Assembly: GCA_963747235.1 (NCBI GenBank)
Contig: CAVVEU010000024.1
Span: forward strand, 672,001-736,000
Direction: 5' to 3'
Origin: an uncultured Candidatus Rokubacteria bacterium
GTDB lineage: Bacteria; Methylomirabilota; Methylomirabilia; Rokubacteriales; CSP1-6
Length of the DNA: 64,000 nt
The translations under genes were made by a program, and so were the position numbers. Below, one piece after another: positions 1 to 9,801 of the stretch (its first letter is position 1; each line of letters starts with the position of its first letter). A model generated the notes under the pieces. It was not told the origin of the DNA, ran no database searches, and saw nothing but the letters and a program-made list of their open reading frames with translations.

Positions 1-113
1 GCAGCGCCTACCGCGCCGCGGTGTCCACCTTCAAGGAAGGCTGCGAGGGCCCCTGGGTGCTGACGCCCGAGCACGTCGCGGGCAAGATTCCTCCCAAGGA
101 CGAGATCGAGTAA
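1..113 (+). CDS. 3' end of an unidentified protein (partial, runs off window)
   Basis: Frame from nt 3 reads SAYRAAVSTFKEGCEGPWVLTPEHVAGKIPPKDEIE* with GC3-rich codons; TAA at 111-113. Confidence 0.55.
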   Translation, partial: SAYRAAVSTFKEGCEGPWVLTPEHVAGKIPPKDEIE

Positions 114-118
114 GCCCG

Positions 119-451
119 ATCGCGTTCCGGCGCGCGGCCGTTCCCGCGCTGTTCCTGCTCCTCCTCGCGGGCTTCGCGGCCGGCATCTGGGGGACTTACC
201 GGGCCGCCTTTCCGGGTCCCGGGCTCTATCGGGTCACCGGGATCTTCGAGGCGCGGGGCGGGCCGACGCTGCTGCTGGTCCGCCACGACAAGGTTCCGGG
301 ATTCATGGATGAGATGGAGTCGATGGCGATCTTCGCGGAGTCCGCCGGGCTGCTGGACGGGGCCGACCTGCACCGCGGCGACCGGGTCCGCGTGACCGTC
401 CGCCAGGAGCCGGGCCGACTGATCGCGGTCGAGATCCAGAAAATTCGGTAA
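119..451 (+). CDS. Membrane-anchored CusF-like (OB-fold) copper/silver-binding protein; start codon uncertain
   Basis: Manual translation (not in the ORF track): hydrophobic N-terminus PALFLLLLAGFAAGIWG, then VRHDKVPGFMDEMESMAIF...LHRGDRVRVTV...LIAVEIQKIR*, resembling the CusF-family H-x2-(I/V)PG-x-M-x2-M pattern; no in-frame ATG, possibly an indel. Confidence 0.6.
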   Translation: MAFRRAAVPALFLLLLAGFAAGIWGTYRAAFPGPGLYRVTGIFEARGGPTLLLVRHDKVPGFMDEMESMAIFAESAGLLDGADLHRGDRVRVTVRQEPGRLIAVEIQKIR

Positions 452-483
452 ACCCAGCACCCTCAGCTAAGGTCAAGGACACC

Positions 484-2577
484 ATGGGGAAGAATCGGCG
501 CCGCTCCCGGACCATGAGCCTCCGCGAGGCGGCCTCGGTCGTGTTCGCGCTCGTCGCGCTCCTGCCCATCCTGCTCTTCGTCTACCTGCTGTCGCGCCAC
601 GAGATGCTCCACAACACCGAGGCGCAGCTCGGGCTGTTCGCGGCCGTCGTGGTGTCCATCCTCGGCTTCATGGTCTTCCGGAAGATGGTGGACCAGATCG
701 CGCAGCTCGCCCAGGGCTTCCTGTCGCCGAGCGAGGTGAAGCCGGACGCGCTCCGCCGGCGGGAGCGCGGCTCGGCCGGGGCGGTGCCCGGCCTCGGCGA
801 GGTCACCGAGATCGGCCAGGTGCGCGACGCCTTCTACCACATGCTCGACGACCTGCGGGGCTCCACCCAGCGGCTCGAGGACCTGGTCTTCAAGCTGGGC
901 ACGCTCAACGAGATGGTCGAGCTGGCCGCCCGCATCCCGAAGATCCAGGACCTGCTGGGCCTGGTGCTGCAGTCCACCATGCGCGCGGTGCGCGCCACCG
1001 TCGGCTCCATCATGATCCTCGATCGCGACCGGACGGTGCTGAAGCTCGCGGCCTCCCGCGGCATCCCGGACGAGGTGGTGCCCGCGGTCGAGGTGAAGGT
1101 GGGCGAGGGCGTGGCGGGCAAGGTGGTGGAGATGGGCGAGCCGGTGCTGGTGGACGACATCGCCTCCGATCCGCGCTTCAACAAGACCAACGATCCCCAG
1201 TACGTCAACGGCTCGTTCATCTGCATGCCGATCCGGGTCGGCGACCGCGTGATCGGCGTGATCAACATGGCCAAGCGCCGCGACGGCGTGGTCTCCGACG
1301 CGCTGCGGCCGCCCCCCTTCAGCTCCACCGACCTCCAGTTCCTGAACGCGCTGATGACCTACATCGGCTACGCGGTGGACAACTCGCGCCTCCTCGAGGA
1401 AGCGCAGTCCTCCGCCTCGCAGCTCCAGAACGTGGTGGACGACCTCAAGTCCACCCAGGGCCAGCTCGTGCGCGGCGAGACGCTGCGCGCGATGGGCCAG
1501 CTCTCGTCCGGGATGGCGCATCATCTGAACAATCTCTTCGCGGTGATCCTGGGCCGGGTCGAGCTCATGATGGGCAAGGTCCAGGAGGCCGGGGTGCGGC
1601 GCTCCCTCGAGATCATCCAGCGCACCGCCCAGGACGGCGCGGAGGTGGTGCGGCGGGTGCAGCGGTTCAGCCGCGTGCAGCCGGTCTCCGACGTGGCGGT
1701 GGATCTCAACCAGCTCGTGCAGGAAGTGGTCGAGCTCACGCGTCCGCGCTGGCACGACGAGGCGCAGCTGCGCGGCAGCCGCATCGAGGTGGTGGTCGAA
1801 GCGGGGGTCATCGCGGCGGCCGCGGGCGAGCCGGCTCCCCTTCGCGAAGTCCTGATGAACCTGCTGCTCAACGCCGCCGACGCCATCACCCAGGGCGGCG
1901 GCCGCGTCACGCTCAAGACCTGGGCCAAGGACGATCGCGTCTACTGCTCGGTCACCGACACCGGCGCGGGCATGCCCGAGGAAGTGCGCCGCCGGGCGCT
2001 CGAGCCCTTCTTCACCACCAAGGGGCCCAAGGCCACCGGGCTGGGGCTCAGCGTGGCCTACGGCACCGTGCAGCGCTACGGCGGGACCCTGACGCTGGAG
2101 AGCACGGAAGGCCACGGCACCACCGTCGAGGTCAGCCTGCCGACCGCCTCCAAGGCCACCGCGGTCGCCAAGACGAGCAGCGCGCTCGAGCAGAAGGCGC
2201 CCGCGCTGCCGCTGCGCATCCTGGTGATCGACGACGAGCTGCAGGTGCGGAGCACGCTGGCCGAGATGCTGGAGGAGCAGGGGCACTCGGTGACCCAGGC
2301 GCCCGGCGGGCGCGAGGGCCTGTCCTTCCTCGAGTCGAACCGCGAGCACGTGGACGTGGTGATCAGCGACCTGGGCATGCCCGACATGACGGGGTGGGAC
2401 GTGGCCGCGGCCGTCCAGGAGCGCTGGCCGGGCCTGCCGGTGGGCCTCATCACCGGGTGGGGCGAGACCGAGATCACGCGGGAAGAGCGGAGTCGTGTGA
2501 ACTTCGTGATCAACAAGCCCTTCGACAAGGCGGTGCTGGGCGCGACGATGTCGGATATTCGGCCGCGCAGCGCCTGA
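484..2577 (+). CDS. Membrane-bound hybrid sensor histidine kinase (2 TM, GAF, HisKA, HATPase_c, receiver)
   Basis: H-box GMAHHLNN, N-box NLLLNAADA, DTGAGM, EPFFTTK, GTGLGL-like ATGLGLS; C-terminal receiver ILVIDDE...ISDLGMPDMTG...KPF; GAF GEGVAGKV...CMPIRVGDRVIGVIN. Confidence 0.95.
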   Translation: MGKNRRRSRTMSLREAASVVFALVALLPILLFVYLLSRHEMLHNTEAQLGLFAAVVVSILGFMVFRKMVDQIAQLAQGFLSPSEVKPDALRRRERGSAGAVPGLGEVTEIGQVRDAFYHMLDDLRGSTQRLEDLVFKLGTLNEMVELAARIPKIQDLLGLVLQSTMRAVRATVGSIMILDRDRTVLKLAASRGIPDEVVPAVEVKVGEGVAGKVVEMGEPVLVDDIASDPRFNKTNDPQYVNGSFICMPIRVGDRVIGVINMAKRRDGVVSDALRPPPFSSTDLQFLNALMTYIGYAVDNSRLLEEAQSSASQLQNVVDDLKSTQGQLVRGETLRAMGQLSSGMAHHLNNLFAVILGRVELMMGKVQEAGVRRSLEIIQRTAQDGAEVVRRVQRFSRVQPVSDVAVDLNQLVQEVVELTRPRWHDEAQLRGSRIEVVVEAGVIAAAAGEPAPLREVLMNLLLNAADAITQGGGRVTLKTWAKDDRVYCSVTDTGAGMPEEVRRRALEPFFTTKGPKATGLGLSVAYGTVQRYGGTLTLESTEGHGTTVEVSLPTASKATAVAKTSSALEQKAPALPLRILVIDDELQVRSTLAEMLEEQGHSVTQAPGGREGLSFLESNREHVDVVISDLGMPDMTGWDVAAAVQERWPGLPVGLITGWGETEITREERSRVNFVINKPFDKAVLGATMSDIRPRSA

Positions 2578-2589
2578 CCGGCCGCGCCG

Positions 2590-2967
2590 CTACCGTTTCG
2601 GCAGCGTTCTCAGGTAGCGGATCAGGTCGCGGATCTGGTCGTCCTTCATGTGGTAGCCGAAGGACGGCATGCCCGGCTTGCCGAGTGTCGCTCCCCCGTT
2701 CTTGATCAGCGTGACGAGGTAGTCGTCCGGGAGCCGGTCCACGAGCCGCGGATCGGATAGGTCACCGGGGCGCATCAGGAAGACCGTCGCCCGCCAGGAG
2801 CCCCGCCCGTCCGCGCCGTGGCACGTGGCGCAATGGGTCAGGTAGAGGCGATGGCCGCCGCTGGCCGTCTTGGGCACCGGGTGGGGGACGAAGAGCATCA
2901 CGAGGATGCTCCCGATGGCCGTGAGCAGGACCGGACCGAACACCACGAACATCCATTTGGCCCTCAC
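2590..2967 (-). CDS. Membrane-anchored monoheme c-type cytochrome
   Basis: CATCH heme motif, GMPSF distal Met, N-terminal TM helix; GTG start at 2967 preferred. Confidence 0.85.
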   Translation of the reverse strand: MRAKWMFVVFGPVLLTAIGSILVMLFVPHPVPKTASGGHRLYLTHCATCHGADGRGSWRATVFLMRPGDLSDPRLVDRLPDDYLVTLIKNGGATLGKPGMPSFGYHMKDDQIRDLIRYLRTLPKR

Positions 2968-3006
2968 GGGCCCCGAGCATACCACGCGCGGCGGACGCGT
3001 CCTGAG

Positions 3007-3124
3007 CCGTAGCGCCGGCGTCCCACGCGGTACGTCACCGATGAGATCGTGAGACCGTAGTCGCCGGGCGTCAGGTAGACCACGCGGTACGTCACCGATC
3101 TAGATCGTGAGATAGTAGTCGCCG
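3007..3124. repeat. Imperfect tandem direct repeat, ~57-bp period (~2.3 copies), containing dyads
   Basis: ccacgcggtacgtcaccgat(g/ct)agatcgtgaga(cc/ta)gtagtcgccg at 3023-3066 and 3080-3124; partial copy at 3007-3022; palindrome gatctagatc at 3097-3106. Confidence 0.8.
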
Positions 3125-4638
3125 TGCTCCTGATCCTCATGCGTCACGGCGAGGCCGGCGAGGTGGATTCCCGCCGCTGGCCCGACGACCGGCAGCGCCC
3201 GCTCACCGACGCGGGGCGGCGCGAGCACGCGCGGGTGGCCGAAGCGCTCCGGCGCATCGGCGTGCGCTTCGATCGGCTGCTCTCGAGCCCGCTGGTGCGC
3301 GCGCGTGAGACCGCGGAGATCACCGCGCGGGCGTACGGCGCGCCCGACCCCGAGCTGACCGAGCTGCTGGGGGACAATGCCGAGCCGGGCTCCACGCTCG
3401 CGGGGTTGGCCGCAGTCGAGGCCACCGCGCTGCTCTGCGTGGGCCACGAGCCGACCCTCTCCCGCCTGGCCGGGCTCCTGACCAGCCGGGACGGCTCGGC
3501 GCGCGTCGAGATGGCCAAGAGCGGGGTCGCGGTCATCGAGTGCGCGGGCCCGGTGGCACCGGGGCGCGGCGCGCTGCGCCTGCACCTGCGCCCCCCCGAG
3601 CTCATCGCGCTGCTCGACGACGGTCCGCCCGCGCCGGCGGCGGCGTCGCCCGATCCGTTCCTCGGGGCCATGACCGCCTACCAGCGGAGCGCCGCGCTCA
3701 AGGGCGCGCTCGACCTGGACCTCTTCACCGCGATCGGAGCGGGCGCGGGCACGGTGCCGGCGCTGGCGGCCCGCTGCGCGGCCTCGTCCCGCGGCACGCG
3801 CATCCTCTGCGACTATCTCACCGCCGCCGGCTTTCTCCGGAAGGACGGCGACACCTACGCGTTGACCGGTGACTCCGCCGTCTTCCTCGATCGGCAATCC
3901 CCGGCCTGCATCGCGGCCGCGGCCGAGTTCCTCTACGCGCCCGAGCTCCGGGAGGCCTTCGCCGACGTGGCCCAGGCGGTGCGCCACGGCGGCACCGTGC
4001 TGGCCGGCGCGGGCACGGTGACGCCCGAGCATCCGGTCTGGGTGCGCTTCGCGCGGGCCATGGCGCCGCTCATGCGGATGCCGGCGCGCGCGGTGGTGGA
4101 CCTGGTGGAGGTGGACGCCGCGGCCCCGCTCCAGGTCCTCGACGTGGCCGCCGGGCACGGCCTGTTCGGCCTCGCGTTCGCGGTGGCCTACCCGCGCGCG
4201 GAGGTCACCGCGCTCGACTGGCCGGCGGTGCTGGAGGTGGCGCGCGAGAACGCGCGCGCCGCGGGGGTGGACGGGCGCTTCCACGCCCGGGCGGGCAGCG
4301 CCTTCGAGACGCCCCTCGGAGGCCCGTACGATCTCGTCCTGCTGCCGAACTTCCTCCACCACTTCGATCCGGCCACCTGCGAGGGATTCCTGGCCACGGT
4401 GGGCCGGGCCCTCGCGCCCGGCGGGCGGGTGGTGACGGTGGAGTTCGTGCCCGACGAGGGGCGGGTGACGCCGGCGCACGTCGCCATGTTCAGTCTCGTG
4501 ATGCTCTGCACGACCCCGGCCGGCGACGCCTACACCTTCGCCGAGCTCGAGGCCATGTTCCGCCGCGCCGGCTTCCCGCGCAACGTGCTGCGCGTGCCGG
4601 GTCCGGCCGGCCCCCAGGTGATCATCTCTCAGCGTTGA
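3124..4638 (+). CDS. Fusion of a SixA-like phosphohistidine phosphatase and a class I SAM-dependent O-methyltransferase (dimerisation + Methyltransf_2)
   Basis: N-terminal LMRHGEA...RPLT...SSPLVRARETA...VGHEP; C-terminal AYQRSAALKGALDLDLF, VLDVAAGHG, LDWP, NFLHHF. Confidence 0.85.
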   Translation: MLLILMRHGEAGEVDSRRWPDDRQRPLTDAGRREHARVAEALRRIGVRFDRLLSSPLVRARETAEITARAYGAPDPELTELLGDNAEPGSTLAGLAAVEATALLCVGHEPTLSRLAGLLTSRDGSARVEMAKSGVAVIECAGPVAPGRGALRLHLRPPELIALLDDGPPAPAAASPDPFLGAMTAYQRSAALKGALDLDLFTAIGAGAGTVPALAARCAASSRGTRILCDYLTAAGFLRKDGDTYALTGDSAVFLDRQSPACIAAAAEFLYAPELREAFADVAQAVRHGGTVLAGAGTVTPEHPVWVRFARAMAPLMRMPARAVVDLVEVDAAAPLQVLDVAAGHGLFGLAFAVAYPRAEVTALDWPAVLEVARENARAAGVDGRFHARAGSAFETPLGGPYDLVLLPNFLHHFDPATCEGFLATVGRALAPGGRVVTVEFVPDEGRVTPAHVAMFSLVMLCTTPAGDAYTFAELEAMFRRAGFPRNVLRVPGPAGPQVIISQR

Positions 4639-4649
4639 GGAGGCTTTCG

Positions 4650-5705
4650 ATGACGCATCGGATCGCGGTCATTCCCGGCGACGGGATCGGCAAGGAAGTC
4701 CTGCCCGAGGGCATCCGGGTGCTGGAGGCGGCCGGCCGCCGCTTCGGCGTGGACTTCTCGTGGACGCACTTCGACTGGAGCTGCGAGATGTACACGCGGA
4801 CCGGGCGCATGATGCCCGAGGACGGGCTCGAGCAGCTCCGCCGCTTCGACGCCATCTACCTCGGCGCGGTGGGCTTTCCCGGCGTGCCGGACCACGTCTC
4901 GCTCTGGGGGCTCCTCATCCCGATCCGCCGCGAGTTCCACCAGTACGTGAACCTGCGGCCGGTGCGGCTGCTCCAGGGCGTGCGCTCGCCCCTCGCCGAC
5001 CGCGGCCCCGCGGACATCGACATGCTGATCGTGCGCGAGAACAACGAGGGGGAGTACTCGGAGATCGGCGGGCGGCTCTACCGCGACACGCCCCACGAGC
5101 TGGCCGTGCAGCAGTCGGTGTTCACGCGGCGCGGCTGCGACCGGGTGATGCGCTACGCCTTCGAGCTGGCGAAGAAGCGGCCGCGGCGCCACGTCACCTC
5201 GGCCACCAAGTCGAACGGCATCATCCACAGCATGCCGTACTGGGACGAGCGCTTCGCCGCCATGGCCAGGAACTACCCCGACGTCAAGACCAGCCAGTAC
5301 CACATCGACATCCTCACCGCCCACTTCGTCCAGCACCCGGACTGGTTCGACGTGGTGGTGGCCTCGAACCTCTTCGGCGACATCCTCTCCGACCTGGGGC
5401 CGGCCATCGCGGGCTCGATCGGGATCGCGCCGGGCGGCAACATCAACCCGGAGAAGGAGTACCCGTCCATGTTCGAGCCGGTCCACGGCTCGGCGCCGGA
5501 CATCGCGGGCAAGGGCATCGCCAACCCGATCGCCCAGATCTGGACCGGCGCGATGATGCTCGATCACCTCGGCCACGCGGACGCGGCGCAGGCCGTGGTC
5601 GGCGCGATCGAGCGCTTCGTGGAGGGAGGGAAGGGCCTCACCCGCGATCTCGGCGGCACCGCGACCACCGCCGACGTGGGGCGCGCGATCGCGGACCTGA
5701 TCTGA
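4650..5705 (+). CDS. Tartrate dehydrogenase/decarboxylase / D-malate dehydrogenase family
   Basis: IAVIPGDGIGKEV, PDHVSLWGLLIPIRREFHQYVNLRPVRL, SATKSNGI, SNLFGDILSDL, EPVHGSAPDIAG; RBS GAGGAGG. Confidence 0.9.
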   Translation: MTHRIAVIPGDGIGKEVLPEGIRVLEAAGRRFGVDFSWTHFDWSCEMYTRTGRMMPEDGLEQLRRFDAIYLGAVGFPGVPDHVSLWGLLIPIRREFHQYVNLRPVRLLQGVRSPLADRGPADIDMLIVRENNEGEYSEIGGRLYRDTPHELAVQQSVFTRRGCDRVMRYAFELAKKRPRRHVTSATKSNGIIHSMPYWDERFAAMARNYPDVKTSQYHIDILTAHFVQHPDWFDVVVASNLFGDILSDLGPAIAGSIGIAPGGNINPEKEYPSMFEPVHGSAPDIAGKGIANPIAQIWTGAMMLDHLGHADAAQAVVGAIERFVEGGKGLTRDLGGTATTADVGRAIADLI

Positions 5706-5734
5706 GCGGCCCCTCGCCGGCCCGAGGACAAGCC

Positions 5735-5764
5735 TTGACAAGGCCTCGGAGAGAATGATATTGC
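5735..5764 (+). promoter_or_regulatory. Probable sigma70-type promoter
   Basis: TTGACA (5735-5740), 18 nt, then TG-n-TATTGC. Confidence 0.45.
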
Positions 5765-5949
5765 GCTGCTAGCCCCACGTGTTTGGGTGGGGGAGGCGGG
5801 CATCCCCCGGGCCCGCCAGGACCGGCTCCGTTCCGACCTAGGGCCAGCAGTAGTGAGCGGGCGCATCGCCCGCCTGGAGGTTGATTCGGCAGAATCGACG
5901 CCGTCGGCTGTTCTCCCACGTCGGCCCCACAACCAGGAGGTGGAGCGTC

Positions 5950-7282
5950 ATGACCCCTTCGACCAATGGCCACGCTCAGTTTCGGGTGACCCGTCGCCAG
6001 TTCGTCCGGACCGCCGGGGTCGGGCTGACCAGTGCCTCCCTGGCCAACCTGCTCGCGGCCCGTCAGGCTCCCGCCCAGATCCGGGGAACCAACCTGCGCA
6101 TCCTCACGTGGAGCCACTTCATCCCCGCCTACGACACCTGGTTCGACAAGTTCGCGGCTGAGTGGGGCGACAAGAACGGGGTGAAGGTGCGGGTGGACCA
6201 CATCCCCCACCTCGAGATCCCGGCGCGGATGGCCGCGGAGTTCGCCGCGGGGGCGGGTCACGACATCCTCTTCAACGGCTCGACGATCCTGACCCGGATC
6301 TACTACAAGACGCTGGCGGACCTCACCGACATCTACGACCAGATCGGCAAGAAGTACGGCGGATGGATCCCGGCCGCGCGGTCGCCCGTGGACGTCGAGG
6401 GCCGGATCTACGGGATCCCCATCTACTACATCCTCCTTCCCATGATCTGGCGGAAGGACCTGTTCGACCAGGCCGGGCTCAAGGCCGCCGGATACCTGGG
6501 AGCTCGCGCGGGTCGCCGCGAGGACGCTCAAGGCCAAGGGACACCCGACCGGCATCCAGTTCTCCCACTGCAACGACGCCAACCTCAACTGGCGGTCGTT
6601 GCTGTTCAGCTTCGGCGGGACCGAGACCGACCCGTCGGGCGAGCGCCCGACGATCGACACCAAGGAGATGCGCGAGGCGCTGCGCTTCTCGAAGGCCCTC
6701 TTCGACGAAGGAATGACCCCGGAAGTCTTCTCGTGGGACGACGCCTCCGACAATCGCTACCTGGCCTCCGGGATCGCGTGCTGGGTCCACGATGCGATCT
6801 CGGCGTACCGGACCACCGAAGGCACCAACCCGACCGTCTTCCAGAACGCGCAGATCGGCCTCGAGCCCGCCGGCCCGGGCGGCAAGCGGGTGAGCGTCTC
6901 GGCCCCGAATGCCTTCATGGTCTGGAAGTTCTCGAAGAACCAGGCGGCCGCCAAGGAGTTCCTCGTCCACCTCATGGACAACGACAAGGTGGGCATGACC
7001 GAGAGCACCGGCTACAACATGCCCTTCCTGAACGACACCGCCAAGAAGCCGATGCCGGTCATCGGCGCCGACCCGAAGCTCCAGGTTCTCCAGGACTTCC
7101 CGAAGATCGTGGCGTTCTTCGGCTATCCCGGCCCGTACACGACCCAGATCCAGGAGGTCGCCAACCTCTTCGTCCTGCCCGACATGTTCACCCGCGTGGC
7201 CCGCGGACAAGGCATCGACGAGACCATCAAGTGGGGTCTCGGAGAGTATCAGCGGATCTTCGCCAAGCACAAGCGCGCATGA
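5950..7282 (+). CDS. CUT1 (sugar-type) ABC transporter solute-binding protein, Tat-exported; one frameshift near 6490
   Basis: TRRQFV Tat motif; N-terminal half in ORF 5881 frame, C-terminal half in ORF 6599..7282 (SWDDASDNRYLASG); RBS CAGGAGG. Confidence 0.85.
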
Positions 7283-8266
7283 CCTCTGGCTCACAGGCCG
7301 GCGACCCGGACACGAAGAGCGTCCGGGTCGCTGTTTCTCTGGCGGTCGTTTCGCGCTCGGGCGGATGGTTCCGCTCCCAGACCGCCCGTCGTCTGGGCTT
7401 CGGGTACGTCCTGCTCGCGCCGGCGGCCCTGTACGTGTCGCTCCTCGTGGCGGTGCCCTTCCTGTTCTCGCTGTACCTGGCGCTCAGCGACGCGAGCGTG
7501 GGCGAGCAGGTGGCCGGCTTCGTCGGCCTGGAGAACTTCAAGTCCGCTCTCGAGATGGACACGTTCTGGATCGCGCTCCGGAACAGCGTCGTCTTCTTCG
7601 TGGTGGCGGCCATCCTCAAGAGCATCCTCGGGACGAGCCTGGCGTTTCTCCTGCTCCAGGACTTCCGCGGCAAGAAGATCGTGCGCGCGCTCGTGGTGAT
7701 CCCGTTCACCCTGCCCGTCGCCATCAGCGTGCTCGGCTGGAAGTGGATGTACGACTCCCAGTTCAGCGTGTTCAACTGGGTGCTCAGCCGGCTGGGACTG
7801 ATCGGGGCGTACGGAACCGACGGGTGGCCGGTGTGGCTCGGCGATCCCCACCTCGCGCTGGTCGCGTGCATCTTCGTGAACGTGTGGCGCACCTTCCCGT
7901 TCTCCGCGATCGTCCTACTCGCCGGGTTCACCTCCGTGCCCAACGAGGTGCTCGACGCGGCCAAGGTGGATGGCTGCATCGTTCCTGCAGCGCTTTCACC
8001 ACATCGTGGTGCCGATGATCTTCCCGATTCTCATGGTGGGGTTTCTCTTCGACACGGTCTTCACCCTGTCCGATCTCTCGGTGGTGTACATCCTCACCCA
8101 GGGGGGGCCGGGCAACGCGACCCAGATCTTGCCGGTGCTCGCCTACCAGATCGGGATCCAGGCGGGGAACCTCGGTCGCGGCGCCGCCATCGCGCTGTTC
8201 CTCGTCCCGCTCCTGGCTCCCGCCATGTTCGTCTTCCTGAGGAACCTGAAGCGCCGTGAGTACTGA
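7279..8266 (+). CDS. CUT1 ABC permease (MalF/UgpA type); frameshift near 7975
   Basis: FVGLENF, WKWMYDSQFSVFNW, EAA-like loop VLDAAKVDG, LTQGGPGNAT. Confidence 0.85.
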
Positions 8267-9130
8267 GGGTCTCGCCGAAGCCGCGGACCGCCCGCCAGAA
8301 GCAGGTGCGACGGTACGTGCTCATCTACGCCGGGGTCGACGCCGTTCGTCGTCATCGCGGTGTTTCCCATCTACTGGATGCTCATCACCGCGTTCAAGCA
8401 GGACCCGGACCTCTACCGGATGGACAACATCCCGTTCTGGTTCAACCTCCCCCCGACTCTCAAGCACTTCAAGATCCTCTTCTACCAGACCAACTACGGC
8501 GCGTGGATCGTCAACACGATGACGATCTCGGTGTGGGTCGCCGTGATCACGCTGCTGACCGCGGTACCGGCAGGGTACGCGCTGGCGCGGCTCCGGCTCC
8601 CGGGCGCCGAGAACACCGGGATCGGGATCTTCATGAGCTACCTGGTCCCGCCCATCATCCTGTTCCTGCCGCTGTCCCGGGTGGTGGCCTCGCTCGGTCT
8701 CCAGGACTCCTGGTGGGCGCTGGTCGTGGTCTACCCGACCTTCACCATCCCGTTCTGCACCTGGCTCATGATGGGCTTCTTCAAGACGGTCCCGATGGAG
8801 ATGGAGGAGGCGGCGCGGGTGGACGGCTGTGGCTTCCTGGGCGCCTTCCTGCGCGTAGTGCTGCCGGTGAGCGTGCCGGGCGTGCTCACCGCGGTGATCT
8901 TCGCCTTCACGCTCTCGATGCAGGACTTCCTCTACGGCCTCGCGTTCGTGGCGCCGGGAGACCAGAAGCCGGTCCCGGTGGGGGTGCCCACGGAGCTGAT
9001 CCGGGGTGACGTGTACTACTGGGGGTCGCTGATGGGGGCCGCGCTGATGGTGGGGCTGCCGGTGGCGATCCTCTACAACTTCTTCCTGGATCGCTTCATC
9101 CAGGGGATCACCGGCGGCGTCGGCAAGTAG
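8256..9130 (+). CDS. CUT1 ABC permease (MalG/UgpE type); indels near the 5' end
   Basis: FPIYWMLITAFK, YPTFTIPFCTWLMMGFF, EMEEAARVDG, GDVYYWGSLM. Confidence 0.85.
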
Positions 9131-9190
9131 CGGGCCGCCGCGGCAGGCCGATCCGACCGGCCGCGGCGCGCCGAGAGTGACGGTGCGAGG

Positions 9191-9644
9191 CTACTCGGGC
9201 TCGGCCTTCTGGATCGGGTCGGGCTGACCGGGATAGCCGAGGTGGAGGATCAGATACTTCACCGGCTTGTCCGTCTTGTTGATGTGATTGTGCCACCACC
9301 CGCCGTGGTCCATGAAGGACTGACCGGCCGCGTGGTACTGGGCGCCCTTGATGCCGACAGGGCCAGCCTCGTAGTCCGTCGTGAGGATTCCCTCGAGCAC
9401 GTAGACGTAGGTCGGCACGCGGAACTGCTCACGGCCGGTTTGGCCGCCCGGCTCGAGCTCCACGGTGGCGCCGGTCACGAGGATCGGCGCGCTGACGGTG
9501 TCCTTGAAGCCCCCCAGGGAGGTGACCAGCCCCTTGGTCTTGACGCCCTTCGGAGCCTTGTCGCTCTGGGCAGACGCGAGACCGGTTGCGACCTCCTACC
9601 AGGAGGACGGCCACCATGGCCAGGACGGAGGGTCGTGAGATCAT
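9191..9644 (-). CDS. Secreted cupin-domain protein; indel near 9580
   Basis: Signal-like MISRPSVLAMVAVLLV, then ELEPGGQTG...PTYVYVLEG...AGQSFMD..GWWHNHINKTDKPVKYL (cupin-2 pattern). Confidence 0.7.
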
Positions 9645-9750
9645 CGATGCACCTCCCGCACGGTGAAGTTGGACGTGGCGTTTGAACCGGGAGTGCGCTG
9701 CAGGGTCGTCGCGCCGCGGCCGCCACTCGGCCCGCAGCGTGGACGGGCGG

Positions 9751-9788
9751 ACACTAGCACCGGGAGCTTGCGCATGTCAAGGTTGACG
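9751..9788. promoter_or_regulatory. Back-to-back divergent promoters
   Basis: Minus strand TTGACA (9780-9775), 18 nt, TG-n-TAGTGT; plus strand TTGACG at 9783-9788; together they form the dyad atgtcaaggttgacgt. Confidence 0.5.
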
Positions 9789-9801
9789 TGCCGCCTCGGG
9801 T

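Noticed and set aside
3007-3124. Possible mini CRISPR array
   Set aside because: Only ~2 units, the intervening sequence is 13 nt and itself partly repeated, and there are no cas genes.
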